64,000 bases of DNA, from the NCBI RefSeq assembly GCF_006345805.1, contig NC_043011.1, positions 51,410,464-51,474,463 of the forward strand, in the 5' to 3' direction. The translations under genes and the position numbers were made by a program. Positions 26,425-40,556 of the stretch are shown here, in pieces (the first letter of the stretch is position 1; the number at the start of each line of letters is the position of its first letter). The notes beneath the pieces were generated by a model, which was not told the DNA's origin, ran no database searches, and saw only the letters and a program-made list of their open reading frames with translations. The DNA comes from Octopus sinensis. Taxonomy: Eukaryota.

Positions 26425-27329
26425 TATTATTATTATACTATCTTTAGATACTGCTTTAGCAATTATTATAATTATTGTTATTCTTTATTTAAAAAAAAAA
26501 AAAAATAATATCACCCTCTTCCTTCAATTTTTGTATTATTTTTCTTTGTCCTTTTATCATTATTGATGCCAATGTTGTTATTCTTCATTCCTCGTCTCCT
26601 TCATCTGCCATCTCATCTCCTATTCCTGCCACTACTTTTTCTTCTACTCATTCGTCTCCTTCAATCACTTCTGAATTACTGCGATATTATTAATCTTCCC
26701 AGTCACAGCGGAATTTAGTTATTGCAATATATAAAAAAAAAACCCAAACAAACAAAACAAAACAAAACAAAACAAAAACAACACAGAACAACGTCTGAGA
26801 AGAAGGATATGGTTTATAATAATCTTTGTGATTTTCCGTTTGTTGTATCATTATCATCATCATCTACACCATCATCATTATTATTATTATCATTATTATT
26901 ATCATCTACAATAGTTGTTGTTGTTGTTGTTGGTTAAGAAATCATTAATTTTTTTTCTTTTTACTTTTCTACTGCAGTCAATAATCTTTGGCAAAGTTAA
27001 TTATTACTAAAAAAAAAAAAAATAAAAATAAAACAACACCAAAAAAAAAAAAACCCCTATCATTATAGTTATTATTGTTGTTGTTGCCGTGTGTTTGTGT
27101 GTTTCTCTTCTTTTCCATTTCTATCAGGGTTAATCCTTATTTGACAGAGAGGAAGAAGGAAATTCAAGAACGTTAAGTTTAGTTTACAAGATTTGAAAGG
27201 AAGGAATATTAATGAACGTAATACAGATTCTAACTGATGCTTTTACACCACTGATGTCATATAGCATGTTCAATAGACATCAAACAACTTGATCACCGTC
27301 ACCACATGCACGCATGCACAAACATACAC

Positions 27330-27407
27330 AAACATGCACACAAACACACACATACATACATATATATGTAAGTGTGCATGTGTGTGTGTATGTATATGAA
27401 TAAATAA

Positions 27408-27442
<35 letters not shown>

Positions 27443-27503
27443 TAGATATATATATATGTACATAAATATATGTGAATACATACATGTACACATACACATA
27501 GAT

Positions 27504-27534
<31 letters not shown>

Positions 27535-27870
27535 CATACATGCACACAAATACACACATATATATATGCATGTATATATATATATATGTGTATGTGTGTG
27601 TCTGTGTGTGTGCATGTGTGTATATATACACATATGTATATGTACATAAATATATGTGCATACATACATATATACATACATGCATACAAATACACACATA
27701 CATATATGTGTATATATATGTATATGTGTGTGTATGTGTGTATATATACACATATATGAATATGTACATAAATATATGTGCATACATACATACACAAACA
27801 CACACACACACATGCACACATAGATACACACACAAACACACATGCACATACACACACACCACACATGTTA
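27330..27870. repeat. Compound (TA)/(CA)/(TG) microsatellite
   Basis: Source of the 344-aa spurious ORF. Confidence 0.95.
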
Positions 27871-27874
27871 TAAC

Positions 27875-28335
27875 ATCTGCTGGCAAAGAAAGGGATTCTC
27901 CCCCCCCCCCAATAAAAGGGGGGATTGTGTGATGTGCGATGATGCATGGTTGCAAAACATGGGCACGAGATGTAGGGGGGATGTGTAAAGGCTAGAAAGA
28001 AAAGAGCTGGGCATGCTCTGCTGGATGAGCAATGTTTAGCGTGCATGAACGACAAAGCACAAATGAGCTGAGAGAAAGACGGGGTATAAAGTGGAATCAG
28101 ATGTTGTGTGCAAGGGAGAGATGACTGGACCAGGATGGACGTGCGATGCATATGAAGGATGACAGTTGGGTAAAGAGGCCCCAAACAACCCAAGTGGAAG
28201 GAACCTGCAGAAGAGGGGGCATGGAAAAGAAGTGATGAAAACTTGATCTTGAGAAACTGAACATGATAAAGGGAATGACAAAGAAATGCAGCCCCTGCAA
28301 GCAAGGAAACAAATTATATAAAAATGATGGTGATG
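27875..28335 (+). mobile_element. RTE-clade LINE 3' fragment
   Basis: LLAKKGFS..KG.LCD..; [16 protein letters not shown]; ends in (gat)n. Confidence 0.75.
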
Positions 28336-28349
28336 ATGATGATGATGAT

Positions 28350-28654
28350 GATATTCTTTTACTTGTTTCAGTCATTTGACTGCAGCCATGCTGGAGCACC
28401 GCCTTTAGTCGAGCAAATCGACCCCAGACTAATTCGATGTAGGGGGGGAGGAGAACACAGACACAAAAACATATACACACACACATATACATATATATAT
28501 ATATATATATATGTATACGACGGCTTCTTTCAGTTTCCATCTACCAAATCCACTCACAAGGCTTTGGTTGGCCTGAGGCTATAGTAGAAGACACTTGCCC
28601 AAGGTGCAATGCAGTGGGACTGAACACAGAACCATGTGGTTGGTAAGCACAGCA

Positions 28655-28655
<1 letters not shown>
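28350..28655 (-). mobile_element. SINE family C
   Basis: cttgtttcagtcatttgactgcagccatgctggagcaccgcc...acacttgcccaaggtgc. Confidence 0.8.
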
Positions 28656-28750
<95 letters not shown>

Positions 28751-28762
28751 ATATATATATAT

Positions 28763-28793
<31 letters not shown>

Positions 28794-29510
28794 CACATAC
28801 ACACACACACATATATAATTTTGGTTGAGTCAGTCTTTTGCTACTCTTAGTTTCACCCGTAGGTGCAGAGGATCTTCAAGCAAGTCATAACTCTTTTTTT
28901 CCCGATAGTCAATACTAAATGTATCCATATATATATATATATACCTGACAAACAAAAAAAAAAAGAAAAAGAAAAAAAACAGGTGGAGAATGTCACACCT
29001 GGAATGTCTTTGAAGATAGGTCTGCTGGATCAGGATTGAGCAGGGTTAAACAACAACCTAAAGTATGACCCAGCAGAGCAAAATCAATAGTATTTTTTTT
29101 TTATTATTCATAAATGATTCTAAGCCTGAGAAAGACATCAACAGTGCAGTAAGCATTATTAAACTGCAATCTCGTCTCTACGTTAAATTAGTGTCAGTAC
29201 ATTTAATGCATATAGCATTAAGAACTCTAATTGGAAATATTTATGTGGTATGGGAAAATTTGTTGTTGTCCTTGTCATCATCATCATTGTTGTTTTAATG
29301 TCCACTTTTCTACTCTGGTATGGATCAGTCAAAAATCGTTGAGGCAGATTTTCTAAGGCCAGTCTGTACTCGTTACCAAGTAAGGTAAAATTTTCCCCCT
29401 AGTCTTTCCAATGACAGCATATGACCAGACATGATCTCATTGAAGATTGCAAGCAACGTCATTTGTATGATAGTGACACACATTTACAACTGCACATGAT
29501 GTCAAGACAA

Positions 29511-29544
<34 letters not shown>

Positions 29545-29765
29545 AAAGGGGCTTATTTTCGGTTTCCATCTATCAAGCCTATGCCCAAGGCCTTGATTCA
29601 CCTGCGGTTATTGAAGAAGACCCTTGACTAAGGTGCCATGACATCAATGTTTGATGACTTTTTTCAGTAGAATTTTCTGGTCAGTTCTATTGGACATTTT
29701 AACAGACAGTATATATGACCTCAGTATCTGATCCCGGTCTTTAAACATATATACATGTGTGCAGC

Positions 29766-29803
<38 letters not shown>

Positions 29804-29828
29804 CATATCCATACACACACACATGCAA

Positions 29829-29873
<45 letters not shown>

Positions 29874-30629
29874 ATTAGTAAATAATTAGTAATAAACTAA
29901 TACTGTTTGCATCATGCTAGCAAGTATGGGAGTTAACTCCAGACTTTCATTGTATTTGTTGAAGTAGTAATAAAAGCATCATTAATATATAATAATGTAC
30001 ATTAATTGGTCTAGAAAATTAAAAATTAAAATAATCAGATGTTAATGTTCAGTTGACCAAGGAAAAAAATATGACGCTGAACCAATGAAAATATGAACTT
30101 GTCCAGTTTGGTAAATTGGATGGTCTTAAGTTAACCATATGATGTTCCTTTAGGTAAACTCTTCATAGCATCAAGTACTATCAGGAAACCTAGAACTTTG
30201 TTGACAACCCACATTAAAATGAAGTTCATATTGCTTCAGGACAATTAAAAATTCTTCTCTTTTTTCATGATTTTGCTAGGAGGAAGAATTGCAATATGAC
30301 CTCTCTCAGGGCCTTTGACACTGTGGTGCAAGTGGCAAGGAGGACTGAAAAAGGAACTAAAATCATGGCTTGCTGTAGGGTAGCACAAATCTGGTGGAAC
30401 ATTGTCTTGTTAAATACACATTTTATGTTGATATAAATTTAGGCATGAGAAAGGATAGTTAACATATGGATATATGTTCCTCCTATTACATAACAGTCAA
30501 AAGTATTTGCACTTAATATTTCACCAAATATCCTTGTTCCAAACTATAATTATTGGATCAAAAGAATGTACATATGGTAAATTTCCTATGGAATTAGATT
30601 TTTAGATCATCATATATATGTTACGCACA

Positions 30630-30642
30630 CACACACTTATAT

Positions 30643-30673
<31 letters not shown>

Positions 30674-30710
30674 CTATATATATATATATTATATACTATT
30701 ATATATATAC

Positions 30711-30750
<40 letters not shown>

Positions 30751-30830
30751 CATATATATATATATATACATATATAATATATATATATATATATATACAT
30801 ATATATATACATATATATACATATATATAC

Positions 30831-30890
<60 letters not shown>

Positions 30891-30906
30891 TATACATATA
30901 ATATAC

Positions 30907-30939
<33 letters not shown>

Positions 30940-30980
30940 CTAATAGATCTATATATATATTAATAATATATATATATATA
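30630..30980. repeat. Long imperfect (TA)n microsatellite
   Basis: ~350 bp of TA with interruptions. Confidence 0.95.
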
Positions 30981-31273
30981 CATGCATGATTGTGAATACC
31001 CTCCCATCACAAACACACACACAATATATGACATATATGTTTATGATTTTATTAAAATGAAAACACTGAAATGCACATTTGCAAGATCAGTGTATGAATT
31101 TAATTCACACAAACACAACATACACCCACTTGTGTACATGCACGTGTATACATACACACATGTAAGTATATCTATATATGTAAATAGACTCTCAAATTCA
31201 TCCTCTTTATCTCAATTGAGATGTTATTAGATATGTAATGGTCCAATAACCTCTCTCTCTCTTTCTTTCTCTC

Positions 31274-31311
<38 letters not shown>

Positions 31312-31938
31312 ATATATACCTTTTATTTCACTATTTGTTACCCAATGCACTCTTCTTCGTGGTGTTTGAACTAGCCTAATTTGATATTTTCACAGCATTT
31401 AATTAACCATTAGAGAGTTTTAAAATGTATTTCATGAGATCTGATGATTTGATTTTAAACTGAATCCTAGCAGTTTGTCGAAGATGCCGATATTTCCAGT
31501 TATCAATGATTTACCACAGAACACAGATTCTTTCTTATCTATGGCAAAACCCTCACCACCCCTTTAAGACACAATTGAACTAGCAGCCAGAGAGAGAAGA
31601 AAAAAAAAATTAAATAGAGGACCCTGGTGCTGATATGAAAGCATAGATTCAAATTTCTTTAGAGCAATCACAAAATGATTACATATTCAACTGAAAGAAA
31701 CTGCAATGGCTTTCAAGTATTGGTGGATGGGAAGAGAGCGATAGCAAGATTGTGGATTGATGTTGAAATGATTTCCATAAAGAGCATACATTCCCAAAAT
31801 AAATTCGATATATCAAAGACGACAAATCAAATTTTCTGGGAACCAATGAATATAGATGGCTTTTGTTTTAAAGTTATTAACTTCAACTAGTCAATGCTTA
31901 ACTGTCTGCGAGTTCATAATAATGTGACTACTACTGCA

Positions 31939-31970
<32 letters not shown>

Positions 31971-32328
31971 AATAACTGCTGCCATTGCTATTGCTGCTGC
32001 TTAACTCTCACCACTCCCGCTGCTGCCACCATTGACCATGACCATGACCACAACAACAAGCACTACAACCATGATGGTTTTTAATGACAATACCGCTGCT
32101 ATGACGATGACCACTGCTGCTGCCGCCAATACAGCCATCACCAACATCCTCATAAAATGTTTCAAAATCAAAGAACACAAACAAATACGTCTCACTGAAA
32201 TAGAAGAATTAATCCAAAAGGAAATAATCTGATGGAGTGAGATAATCTTATAGAGTGAGTTCAATTCAAGATAAGGACAGGAGCTATCCACACTGTAGTA
32301 GTCTCTTTAATAAACCACAAACCACAAC

Positions 32329-32962
32329 TTAACCCTTTTGTTACCAGGAGTGGCTGTGTGGTAAGTAGCTTGTTTACCAGCCACATGGTGCCGGGTTCAG
32401 TCCCACTGCGTGGCACCTTGGGCAAGTGTCTTCTACTATAGCCTCGGGCCGACCAGAGCCTTGTGAGTGGATTTGGTAGACGGAAACTGAAAGAAGCCTG
32501 TCGTATATATGTATATATATGTATGTGCATGTATGTTTGTGTGTCTGTGATTGTCCCCCTAGCATTGCTTGACAACCGATGCTGGTGTGTTTATGTCCCC
32601 GTCACTTAGCGGTTCGGCAAAAGAGACCGATAGAATAAGTACTGGGCTTACAAAGAATAAGTCCCGGGGTCGAGTTGCTTGATTAAAGGCAGTGCACCAG
32701 CATGGCCGCAGTCAAAATGACTGAAACAAGTGAAAAACAAAAAAAAATTTCTGTTGAAAACACACCGTTTTCCTTTCAATTAATTTTGAAAATAATGAAG
32801 AAAAAAGTGAAATAACATTTGTCATTATTAAGCTGATGCTTCAAACATAAATTAACGTGAAATTCTAAAAGGAAGTTTTAATTTAGATTACTTTAAAACA
32901 GGAAGTTTGTACCATATGAGTAGGGGGTGGTCTCAGGTGGATTGGCAATCAAAACAGTTCAA
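32329..32962. mobile_element. TTAA MITE split by SINE C
   Basis: ttaacccttttgttacc at 32329; body resumes tttctgttgaaaacacacc at ~32748. Confidence 0.7.
32345..32735 (+). mobile_element. tRNA-derived SINE with CORE/Meta-like block (family C), nested in a TTAA MITE
   Basis: aggagtggctgtgtggtaag...gggttcagtccc (B-box)...ggcaccttgggcaagtgtcttc...gactgaaacaagt tail. Confidence 0.85.
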
Positions 32963-33374
32963 TGTGATTGACTGGAAGTTACATGAAATCCAGAAAAAAA
33001 GAAATGAGAGTCTGCACTTAAACCAATATGTCCAACCACTTTTTTTTCTTTTTTTTTTTCCGGAATACTAATCCCCTGGAATTCCCATTCTGACTGCATT
33101 TTACTCGTAGTCATCAATTTGCAGCTGTTTAAGCTGAACAACCAAAATCAATCTTATCAGTGTTAGGAAACATGCAGAGGCAATGAACACAGTCTCTCCT
33201 TTCTAACCTTCCCACTAAACACACAGACAGATATACAGACAGACAGAGGCTGTTTGAGCTAAATTTCCTGATTTTTTATGTCTCCTTTTTTCATACAACA
33301 TTATGATGTATTGGTGAACAGTCAATGGCATTGGAGAGCAGAAAGGTTAAAGTTGTAGTTGAGAAAATGTTAAC

Positions 33375-34000
33375 GGACATGGAGGACTGGAAGCCATCTG
33401 AATATTGGAACAGAGTAACCTGTATCATGATGATTTGTGCTGGGTATCAAGATGCTGACACCATGACTGCTGCGTGATGCTCTGTGGGTACCATAAAGGC
33501 TGTAAGACATGACATGGAGAGCTGCAAGGGAAACTACAAAGCTGTGGCCATCAGGAAGGGACACAGCTAGCATTCTGACTGTGTCTGCATATCATAATTC
33601 ACTCCCACATCATTAAACAGGGCCTTAGGTGCAATTCAGATGGCTATGTGAAACTGCTAGAGACTGTAGTCAAACCCTGAAGAGCAACCCTGCTGGAAGA
33701 GCAACCCTCCCCAGCTGCCATATATATGCTGCTGGGGGAACATATGTGTGGTAGCAGGATTTGGCTCCTTGCCATACATCTGGAAAGAATCAGAAGTGGT
33801 TGTTGAAGAATTTTGACTACTTTACCAGTCCCAATTTCTGGCCTGCTAATTCCATGGTTGTAATACCATAGATTACTGTGTGTGGGATATGGCTGAAAAA
33901 GAGAGTGACTGCTCCACTTAGAACAACAAGGCCAAGCTGGTGGCCAAAATCAAGGAGGTGGCTGAAGATCTTCCTGGGGACACAATGAGCAGCTACTTAG
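33375..34000 (+). mobile_element. Internally deleted DD37D transposase pseudogene
   Basis: MEDWKPSEYW N-terminus; QGLRCNSDGYVKLLETVVKP; YVW*QDLAPCH; FWPANS; DYCVWD. Confidence 0.8.
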
Positions 34001-34152
34001 AGTAAACTGCTATCTCTTAGCCATAATCTAGTTGATATCTTGGGATTTTTTAAAAAATACTTTAATTTTTGGATGGGATATTGTGTTTTGTTTTCCTTTG
34101 AGGCAAACTATCACATTAAACCTGAACACTGTGTGTGTATATATATATATAT

Positions 34153-34185
<33 letters not shown>

Positions 34186-34196
34186 ATATATATAAT

Positions 34197-34262
<66 letters not shown>

Positions 34263-35419
34263 TGTATGTATGTATGTATATATATATATATGTGTGTGTG
34301 TGTGACCATGAATGATATCCAGACTACAGTAGGAAAGGCAAGCCACTGGATTTGGTTGGAAAGAGACAATGAGCAATGGTTAGAAGAATATTGAGTGAAA
34401 CCTGTTAACCAGTTGATCTGGCAAGCAGGGCCTCATTTCAGTGAGGTCGCTGGTGTGCAATGATGCCATTCAGAGGTAGGCTCCCAAATAGTGTGCATTC
34501 TCCTCTAATGACCTCATAAACTTGCTAGCGTCTGGTATGTAAGTTGTTTGCAAAAAAAATCAAATATGTGTGTATGTATACAATAATGCACATGACAATG
34601 CAGTATATATACATATGCATGACAATAACCCATTTGCGTTATTGTTTATACTCCACCACATCTGGAACCTTATCTGTGTTGGATCTTGAGCCTATAGTTG
34701 ACTGTGGAATCTGTACTGGAGTGTACTCTTGTGTGACTTTGCGTACATATTGTGTATTTTGGTCAAAGCTTGTAAGTCTTTGCATAACTGGAGGGACAAA
34801 TCCATATTTACTTTAGTATGTAGATGTCTTGCCCAAGGTGCCATGCAGTGGGATTGAACCCAGAATTATGTGGTTGGGAAGTAAGCTTCTTACCACACAG
34901 AATTTTTATTGTACCAACCAAAAATCAGTGCAGTATACCACATTTATATGGTCCCAGGACAATAAGAGCTGGTGGAGTTACACAAGAAAATATGGTGTAT
35001 AAGACTTCTACAGTTGGATTAGATACTTGTCTCTAGAAACAGTAAGACATCCAACTATAAATAGTAATACAATATGATACAAAACCATACAGCTTTATTC
35101 AATAAACAAAAATCATTAGAAAAACAAGAAATTTTGCAGAAATAGCAACATTAATGATATACTCACTTTCTAAATAAATAAACACACAATCACACATAAC
35201 ATTAAAATGCACATAGCACCAAACACACATACAGTATCAAATCACACAATAACACTAAAGACTCACATAGCACCAAACACAACATTAAACGACCACATAT
35301 CAACAATTACAAAGTAACAATCTCACATAGCACTAAACATACACACATATGTAGTCTCTCTTTCCTGCTTGGGATGCCATATATCTTCCCTTCTGTAAGA
35401 GACTTGTTCCTGTCTATCT

Positions 35420-35709
35420 ATCATGCTTTAACCTCTCAACCCCTGGCATAAAGTCACCTCCCTCACAACTCCCAGACTCAGTCGAGGGAGTCTTGTCTTG
35501 TGAGTTAATTGATGGCTTCACTAGTGCCAGTACCGCACAAAAACAAGTACCCAGTTCACTCAGTAAAGTGGCTGATGTTAGGAAGGGCATCCAGTTGTAG
35601 AGGCCATACCAAAGCAGACACTGGAGCTTGGCAGTCCTCTGGTTTGTCAGTTTTTCTTGATCTGTCCAACTCATGCCAGCATGGAAAACAGACTTTAAAT
35701 GATGATGAT

Positions 35710-35710
<1 letters not shown>
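35420..35710 (+). mobile_element. Diverged family B-like element with longer 5' head
   Basis: aagtggctgatgttaggaagggcatcc...catgccagcatggaaaacagactttaaatgatgatg; similar copy at 19815-20020. Confidence 0.7.
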
Positions 35711-35789
<79 letters not shown>

Positions 35790-35937
35790 CATCATTAAAG
35801 TCTGTTTTCCATGCTTTAAATGATGATGATTTTATATATATATATTATATATATATATATATATCGTGATGCATATATGCCATTTGAATATGGCTAACCG
35901 ATAAGGGTGGATGCTACTGTAGTTTGTAGCCCCAGGA

Positions 35938-35979
<42 letters not shown>

Positions 35980-36916
35980 GATTATCAAATAAATTTGTTT
36001 GTTTTATCTGATAAATTGAAAATTGAGCTGATTTGCTGTTGACTATTAAATTCTATCAGAGGCGAATGTGAGTCAGTGGAGTATATCAAAATGATCATTT
36101 GATCTGCTAGAAATAGCAGCTAAATCTCATTTGAATCACATCTTACAAACAGCACTACATATATTGCATCTGAAAAAAAAATGAGATGGTCATAGCTGAA
36201 ATTCAACTAATCATACATCTGCTGGTTTAGGGCTGATGTGGAGCTGAGCAATAAGAGGAGAGAGGCGACAGATCTATTTCTCTCAGGTAACATTCCCAGA
36301 TCTGGGAGATATTTCTAACAAGTGAATCAAGAAATCAAGTGTACAAGGAACTAAGGAAGGATCTCCACATGGTCACCTGAACTTCTAGAAATTGCAGCCT
36401 CAATCCACATCCACTGTTTTAAACAAATAAGGACATGCTGAATGATGTGGCTATAAAGAGTTTGGATTGTAGTACCTCTTATCATATAGCTCTGCTGGAT
36501 CAGGGCTGACCTGGGACTAAAAAAACAATAACAACAACAACAACAAAATGCCACCATTAAATTTGAACTCATGAAATAACCAATGCCATATCTGTACAGT
36601 TGTTTTACTTCTATTCTTGTGGTTAACAGAAACAATCAATCAATCAATTATGTAAGAAACCATAGCAATGCTAAAAGGTCATAACTGAAATATTTTCCTA
36701 TTTAGAATTGCAAACATTACTTGGAAAGCATGGTAAAAATTCAATCGATCTTTATCACTCTAGTGATAAATCATCTCAGCAACAATATAGCTACGGAACA
36801 TTCTAGAACTTGTTTTCTGGAGTATATGGAGAGAATTTGAATGTAAAATAAACTAATTCACTTTCCCATAGTTTCTTTGCAATATGACATCACTGTAGGG
36901 TGAGCCATCAATCCTA

Positions 36917-36957
<41 letters not shown>

Positions 36958-37289
36958 GTGTGTGTGTGTGTGTATGTGTATCCCATTGGCCGTCTATTCC
37001 CTTCCCAGCATGCTTAGCGGTGTGAAATTGCTAAATAAGAAACACATCCTGTTTGGTTCTCTCTGCATCATATTGGCTTCCCAAGATGCCAAGCAGTATG
37101 AGATCACTGCTTGCTAAAAGATACATCCTGTTTAGCCTTTTGCATGTATCAGCTTCATGATTTGCCGGTCTTCTTCTAACCAACTACTATCACATGACTG
37201 TATGATGCAAGACAATATATTCCTGTCAATTTCTTTACCTGACTTATTATTGGCTGTCATCTACATTTGATTCTCAGAAGAAAAACAGT

Positions 37290-37745
37290 TGATAAAAAAG
37301 CCAGGAGCGGTTGGTAAAAAAGCCAATCTTATAATCTTCAATTCAGTTTTCATGCCTATCCTCATCTATGGTCACGAATGTTGGATAAAGACTGAAAGAA
37401 TATGATCATGAATACAAACAGCCAAAATGGGATTCCTCCAAAGAATCTCTGGGGTAACGGTACTTGACAGGGTGTGTAGCTTGGAGATTAGGGTCTCTCT
37501 CCAGGTTGAGCCACTACCTCTCCATATTGAGTGGTCACAGTCCCAGTAATATGGACATGTGGTTAGAATGCTGCTAGAAAAGCATCACAAGACAGACTCT
37601 TCAGGCCAAACCAGCCAGCAGGAGAGCTAGGAGTAGACCATGGGTGAAATGGTTGGCTAGTATCCATGGTCTTAGCTGATCATGCCTGAAATTCCAGCAG
37701 GTAAGTGAAATGATGATTGCTTCAGATAGGACCTTATGGAGGAGG
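37290..37745 (+). mobile_element. RTE-clade LINE 3' fragment
   Basis: IFNSVFMPILIYGHECWIKTER..IQTAKMGFLQRISGVTVLDRV.SLEIR..LQVEPL..YGHVVRM. Confidence 0.85.
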
Positions 37746-38059
37746 TGGCCAAGGACTGTACTTCCAGGAATAATGGGCAGTGAAAATAGATGGATCTACA
37801 CAGAATCCTAAGCCTAATAGTTATTTACTAAAATTACTGTGTTTACAAAATTATTTCATAAGTCGACATCAGTCAAAAATATGCTAATGACATTTAGAAT
37901 CAGACTTTATTTTATTTATTTTTTTTTTTTTTTGAGTAAGCAATTGTATTCTTTCTTAGAATGAATAGAAAATTTTAGGAAAAACTTAAATGCCAGCATA
38001 TGAAACCACTCCACGACCTATTTCATAGCATCACACCTTGAAAGCCTTTATGAAGTTAT

Positions 38060-38240
38060 TCAACCTGCAGGAAAAAGCAGCCCAATTTCTCCTAAATCAC
38101 TTCTGCTATCTTAAGAAAGGAAGGACATGGATAATGCAGTGTTAAATGCCCTTGAAAAGACATGATGGTCGAATCTGGAATGCTTTTGATCACAGGTCTA
38201 TTCAATCAGAGTTAACCAAGGCCAAAAAAGTATAACAACA
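38060..38240 (+). mobile_element. Short interspersed family D; copies at 2350-2515, 21705-21895, 36095-36250, 56690-56870, 58260-58445
   Basis: Shared ctagaaatagcagc...aaatc...ggacac...gatggtc...gatcaggg..acctgg..ctaaacaac structure ending in (AAC)n. Confidence 0.65.
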
Positions 38241-38661
38241 TTGTACAGTATCTTTTGACCTTCACGCACATATACAGGGCAGTGCTGCTGTTGCTATACA
38301 CACAAAAATCTATTTGACCACATCAACCTCCACCCAACCAAAAGGCCATTTGATTAGTGAATAGACATTCACCAATACTCAACTACCAACTACTAGCAAA
38401 TACACACAGATGCAGTGCTTTTCTCTCTATTTTTTCTTCTTCTTTGCTACTGCTGCTGCTACTCTAAACTACCAACTGAAACCTCAGCTTGCCCTTCACT
38501 TACAGCTATATACATTATATACATCTACATGCATTATAGATTCAGGATTACACTGCTGAATTATGCAAGTTGGGTATTATCACAGGTTGTTGATTGGCAG
38601 AGTTGTTAGAACGTCACAAAGAATACTTTACTTCATTTGTTTCAGTTTTCCGTGCCCTGAG

Positions 38662-38892
38662 TTAAACCCTTTTGTTACCAACCCAGCTGAAACCGGCTCT
38701 GGCTTGGAGTACAAATGTCTTGTTTTAATAAGTTTTGAATTAAAATCTTCCACCAAACCTTAGCCACAATTTATGTTCCTAACACTAGCTGGATGATAAC
38801 TAAGTTATTTTACTAAATTCTTTTTGTTATATTTAAAGTAATTGAAAGAAACACAGTGCATCTTAAAATAAATACAGTAACGAAAGGGTTAA
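38662..38892. mobile_element. TTAA-flanked MITE
   Basis: ttaaacccttttgttacc...gtaacgaaagggttaa. Confidence 0.8.
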
Positions 38893-39298
38893 ACCCTACC
38901 AAGAACAGTTCTAACTTTCACTCTTTCAAGGTCGATAAAATAAAGTACTAGTCAAGTACTGGGATTGATTCTTCTTCTTCTTTCCATATTTCTCTCTCTC
39001 TCTCTCTCTCACTCATTCACTCTGTGTGTCTGCTGTCTGGCTGTCTCTCTCACTTGCTTTTGATCAAGAAGAAACATGGAAAGAAATGGGTTCCACCAAG
39101 TTGTACATGACATATGTCATGATGACCTCCCTATGACTCCATTAAGAGTTGAGGCATCTTCCCCTATCATCATCAGAACCTTGCTTCATCACATCTTAGA
39201 GACATCATTCAGTCTTTCCAGTTACTACAGAAACATCTCATTGCAAATAGTGTCCTAATTTTAGCACACACGCACACACTATATATATATATATATGT

Positions 39299-39533
39299 AT
39301 AAAAGCACCATCCAATCGTGGCCGTTTGCCAGCCTCGTCTGGCACCTGTGCTGGTGGCACGTAAAAAGCACCCACTACACTCATAGAGTGGTTGGCGTGA
39401 GGAAGGGCATCCAGCCATAGAAACATTGCCAGACCAGACTGGGCCTAGTGCAGCCTTCTGGCTTCCCAGACCCCAGTTGAACCGTCCAACCCATGCCAGC
39501 ATGGAAAGCGGATGCTAAACGATGATGATGATG
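39299..39533 (+). mobile_element. Family B element (5'-truncated)
   Basis: Same core and tail. Confidence 0.85.
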
Positions 39534-39577
39534 ATATATATATATATAAATACACAAACATATTTATGTCTATAATA

Positions 39578-39608
<31 letters not shown>

Positions 39609-39784
39609 TATAATAATAATAATAATAATAATAATTTCTTTTATTAGCCACAGGGGCATTTGCAGAAATTGGGTATGGTAGTCAATGCTTTATAGAACAT
39701 ACACTGTTTCATCAAAATGCTGTAATGAATACATGACAATTGTAAAAACATTATGCAGTCTTACACTCAACTGATCAGTATTCC

Positions 39785-39834
<50 letters not shown>

Positions 39835-40434
39835 CACACACTCACACACAAATATATATAGATATACATATAAATACATATGTATACATATAAATATATT
39901 TAAACATACACCACACACACACACACACACATACAGTCATTGTAAGTCTTTACACCATACTGTCATCCAACATTAAGTATCATTACATTACATATATCAT
40001 TAAAATCTCTTTAGTCGCTGCATGTTTCCCATTTTCACTTCACCATGATAGGAAGAGAACAATGTAGTTAATATAGCAACTAAATAAACCTGCATTTGGC
40101 CATAGAACTTGCTAGAAAAGACAGCCAAATATCTCTCAAATCTCTCAAGTTACATTCCTACCATCTTTAAAGAGAAAGGATACATTTAAGAATGTAGTAG
40201 CCCCTGATTTATAAAAAGACAGTCTTTAGCATTCTTATTTTTTCTTTTACTGGTTTTGGTAGTTGGACGGTGACCATGCCAAGGTACCAGTTTTTAGGGT
40301 TTTAGTCAATTTCACCAACCCCAGTACTTATTTCAGTTTGATAATTCTTTTATCAATTGCAGCGTGGAAGGTGTTTATAAGCCATTTAAGAAACACACAA
40401 AAACCGTTAGATTCACTTCAACATTTAAATTTAA

Positions 40435-40485
40435 TTTGTCAAAATATTTTCGTCACTTTGAGACCACAACCTGTTCACTGACAAA
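40435..40485 (-). ncRNA. Hammerhead-like motif with swapped G3-C8 core
   Basis: UUUGUCA-GUGAACA-G-GUUGU..GUGAC-GAAA-AUAUUU-UGACAAA; 7-bp stem I, palindromic stem III AAUAUU. Confidence 0.45.
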
Positions 40486-40505
40486 ATTCTGTTCTAGCAT
40501 AGAAT

Positions 40506-40556
40506 TTTTTCAGTGAACAGGTCCCGGTCTCAAAGCGACGAAAATATTTTGACAAA
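40506..40556 (+). ncRNA. Hammerhead-like motif with G3-C8 core (right arm)
   Basis: GUGAACA at 40513-40519, extra G, stem II GUCCC/GCGAC, GAAA at 40540, AAUAUU palindrome, stem I with TGACAAA. Confidence 0.45.

Noticed and set aside
27128-27230. Plus-strand acceptor with VNPYLTERKKEIQE frame; similar isolated acceptors at 24863 and 30281
   Set aside because: Weak donor or in-frame stop; pyrimidine-AG sites arise often by chance in this composition.
27270-28304. Longest ORF (344 aa) and other YI/CV/HT-rich ORFs
   Set aside because: Read-through of dinucleotide microsatellites plus antisense RTE remnant; no coding signal.
31440-31540. GNIGIFD peptide resembling p110alpha WGNINLFD (minus strand)
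   Set aside because: Wrong order relative to the C2 exon and no usable donor before the stop; likely chance.
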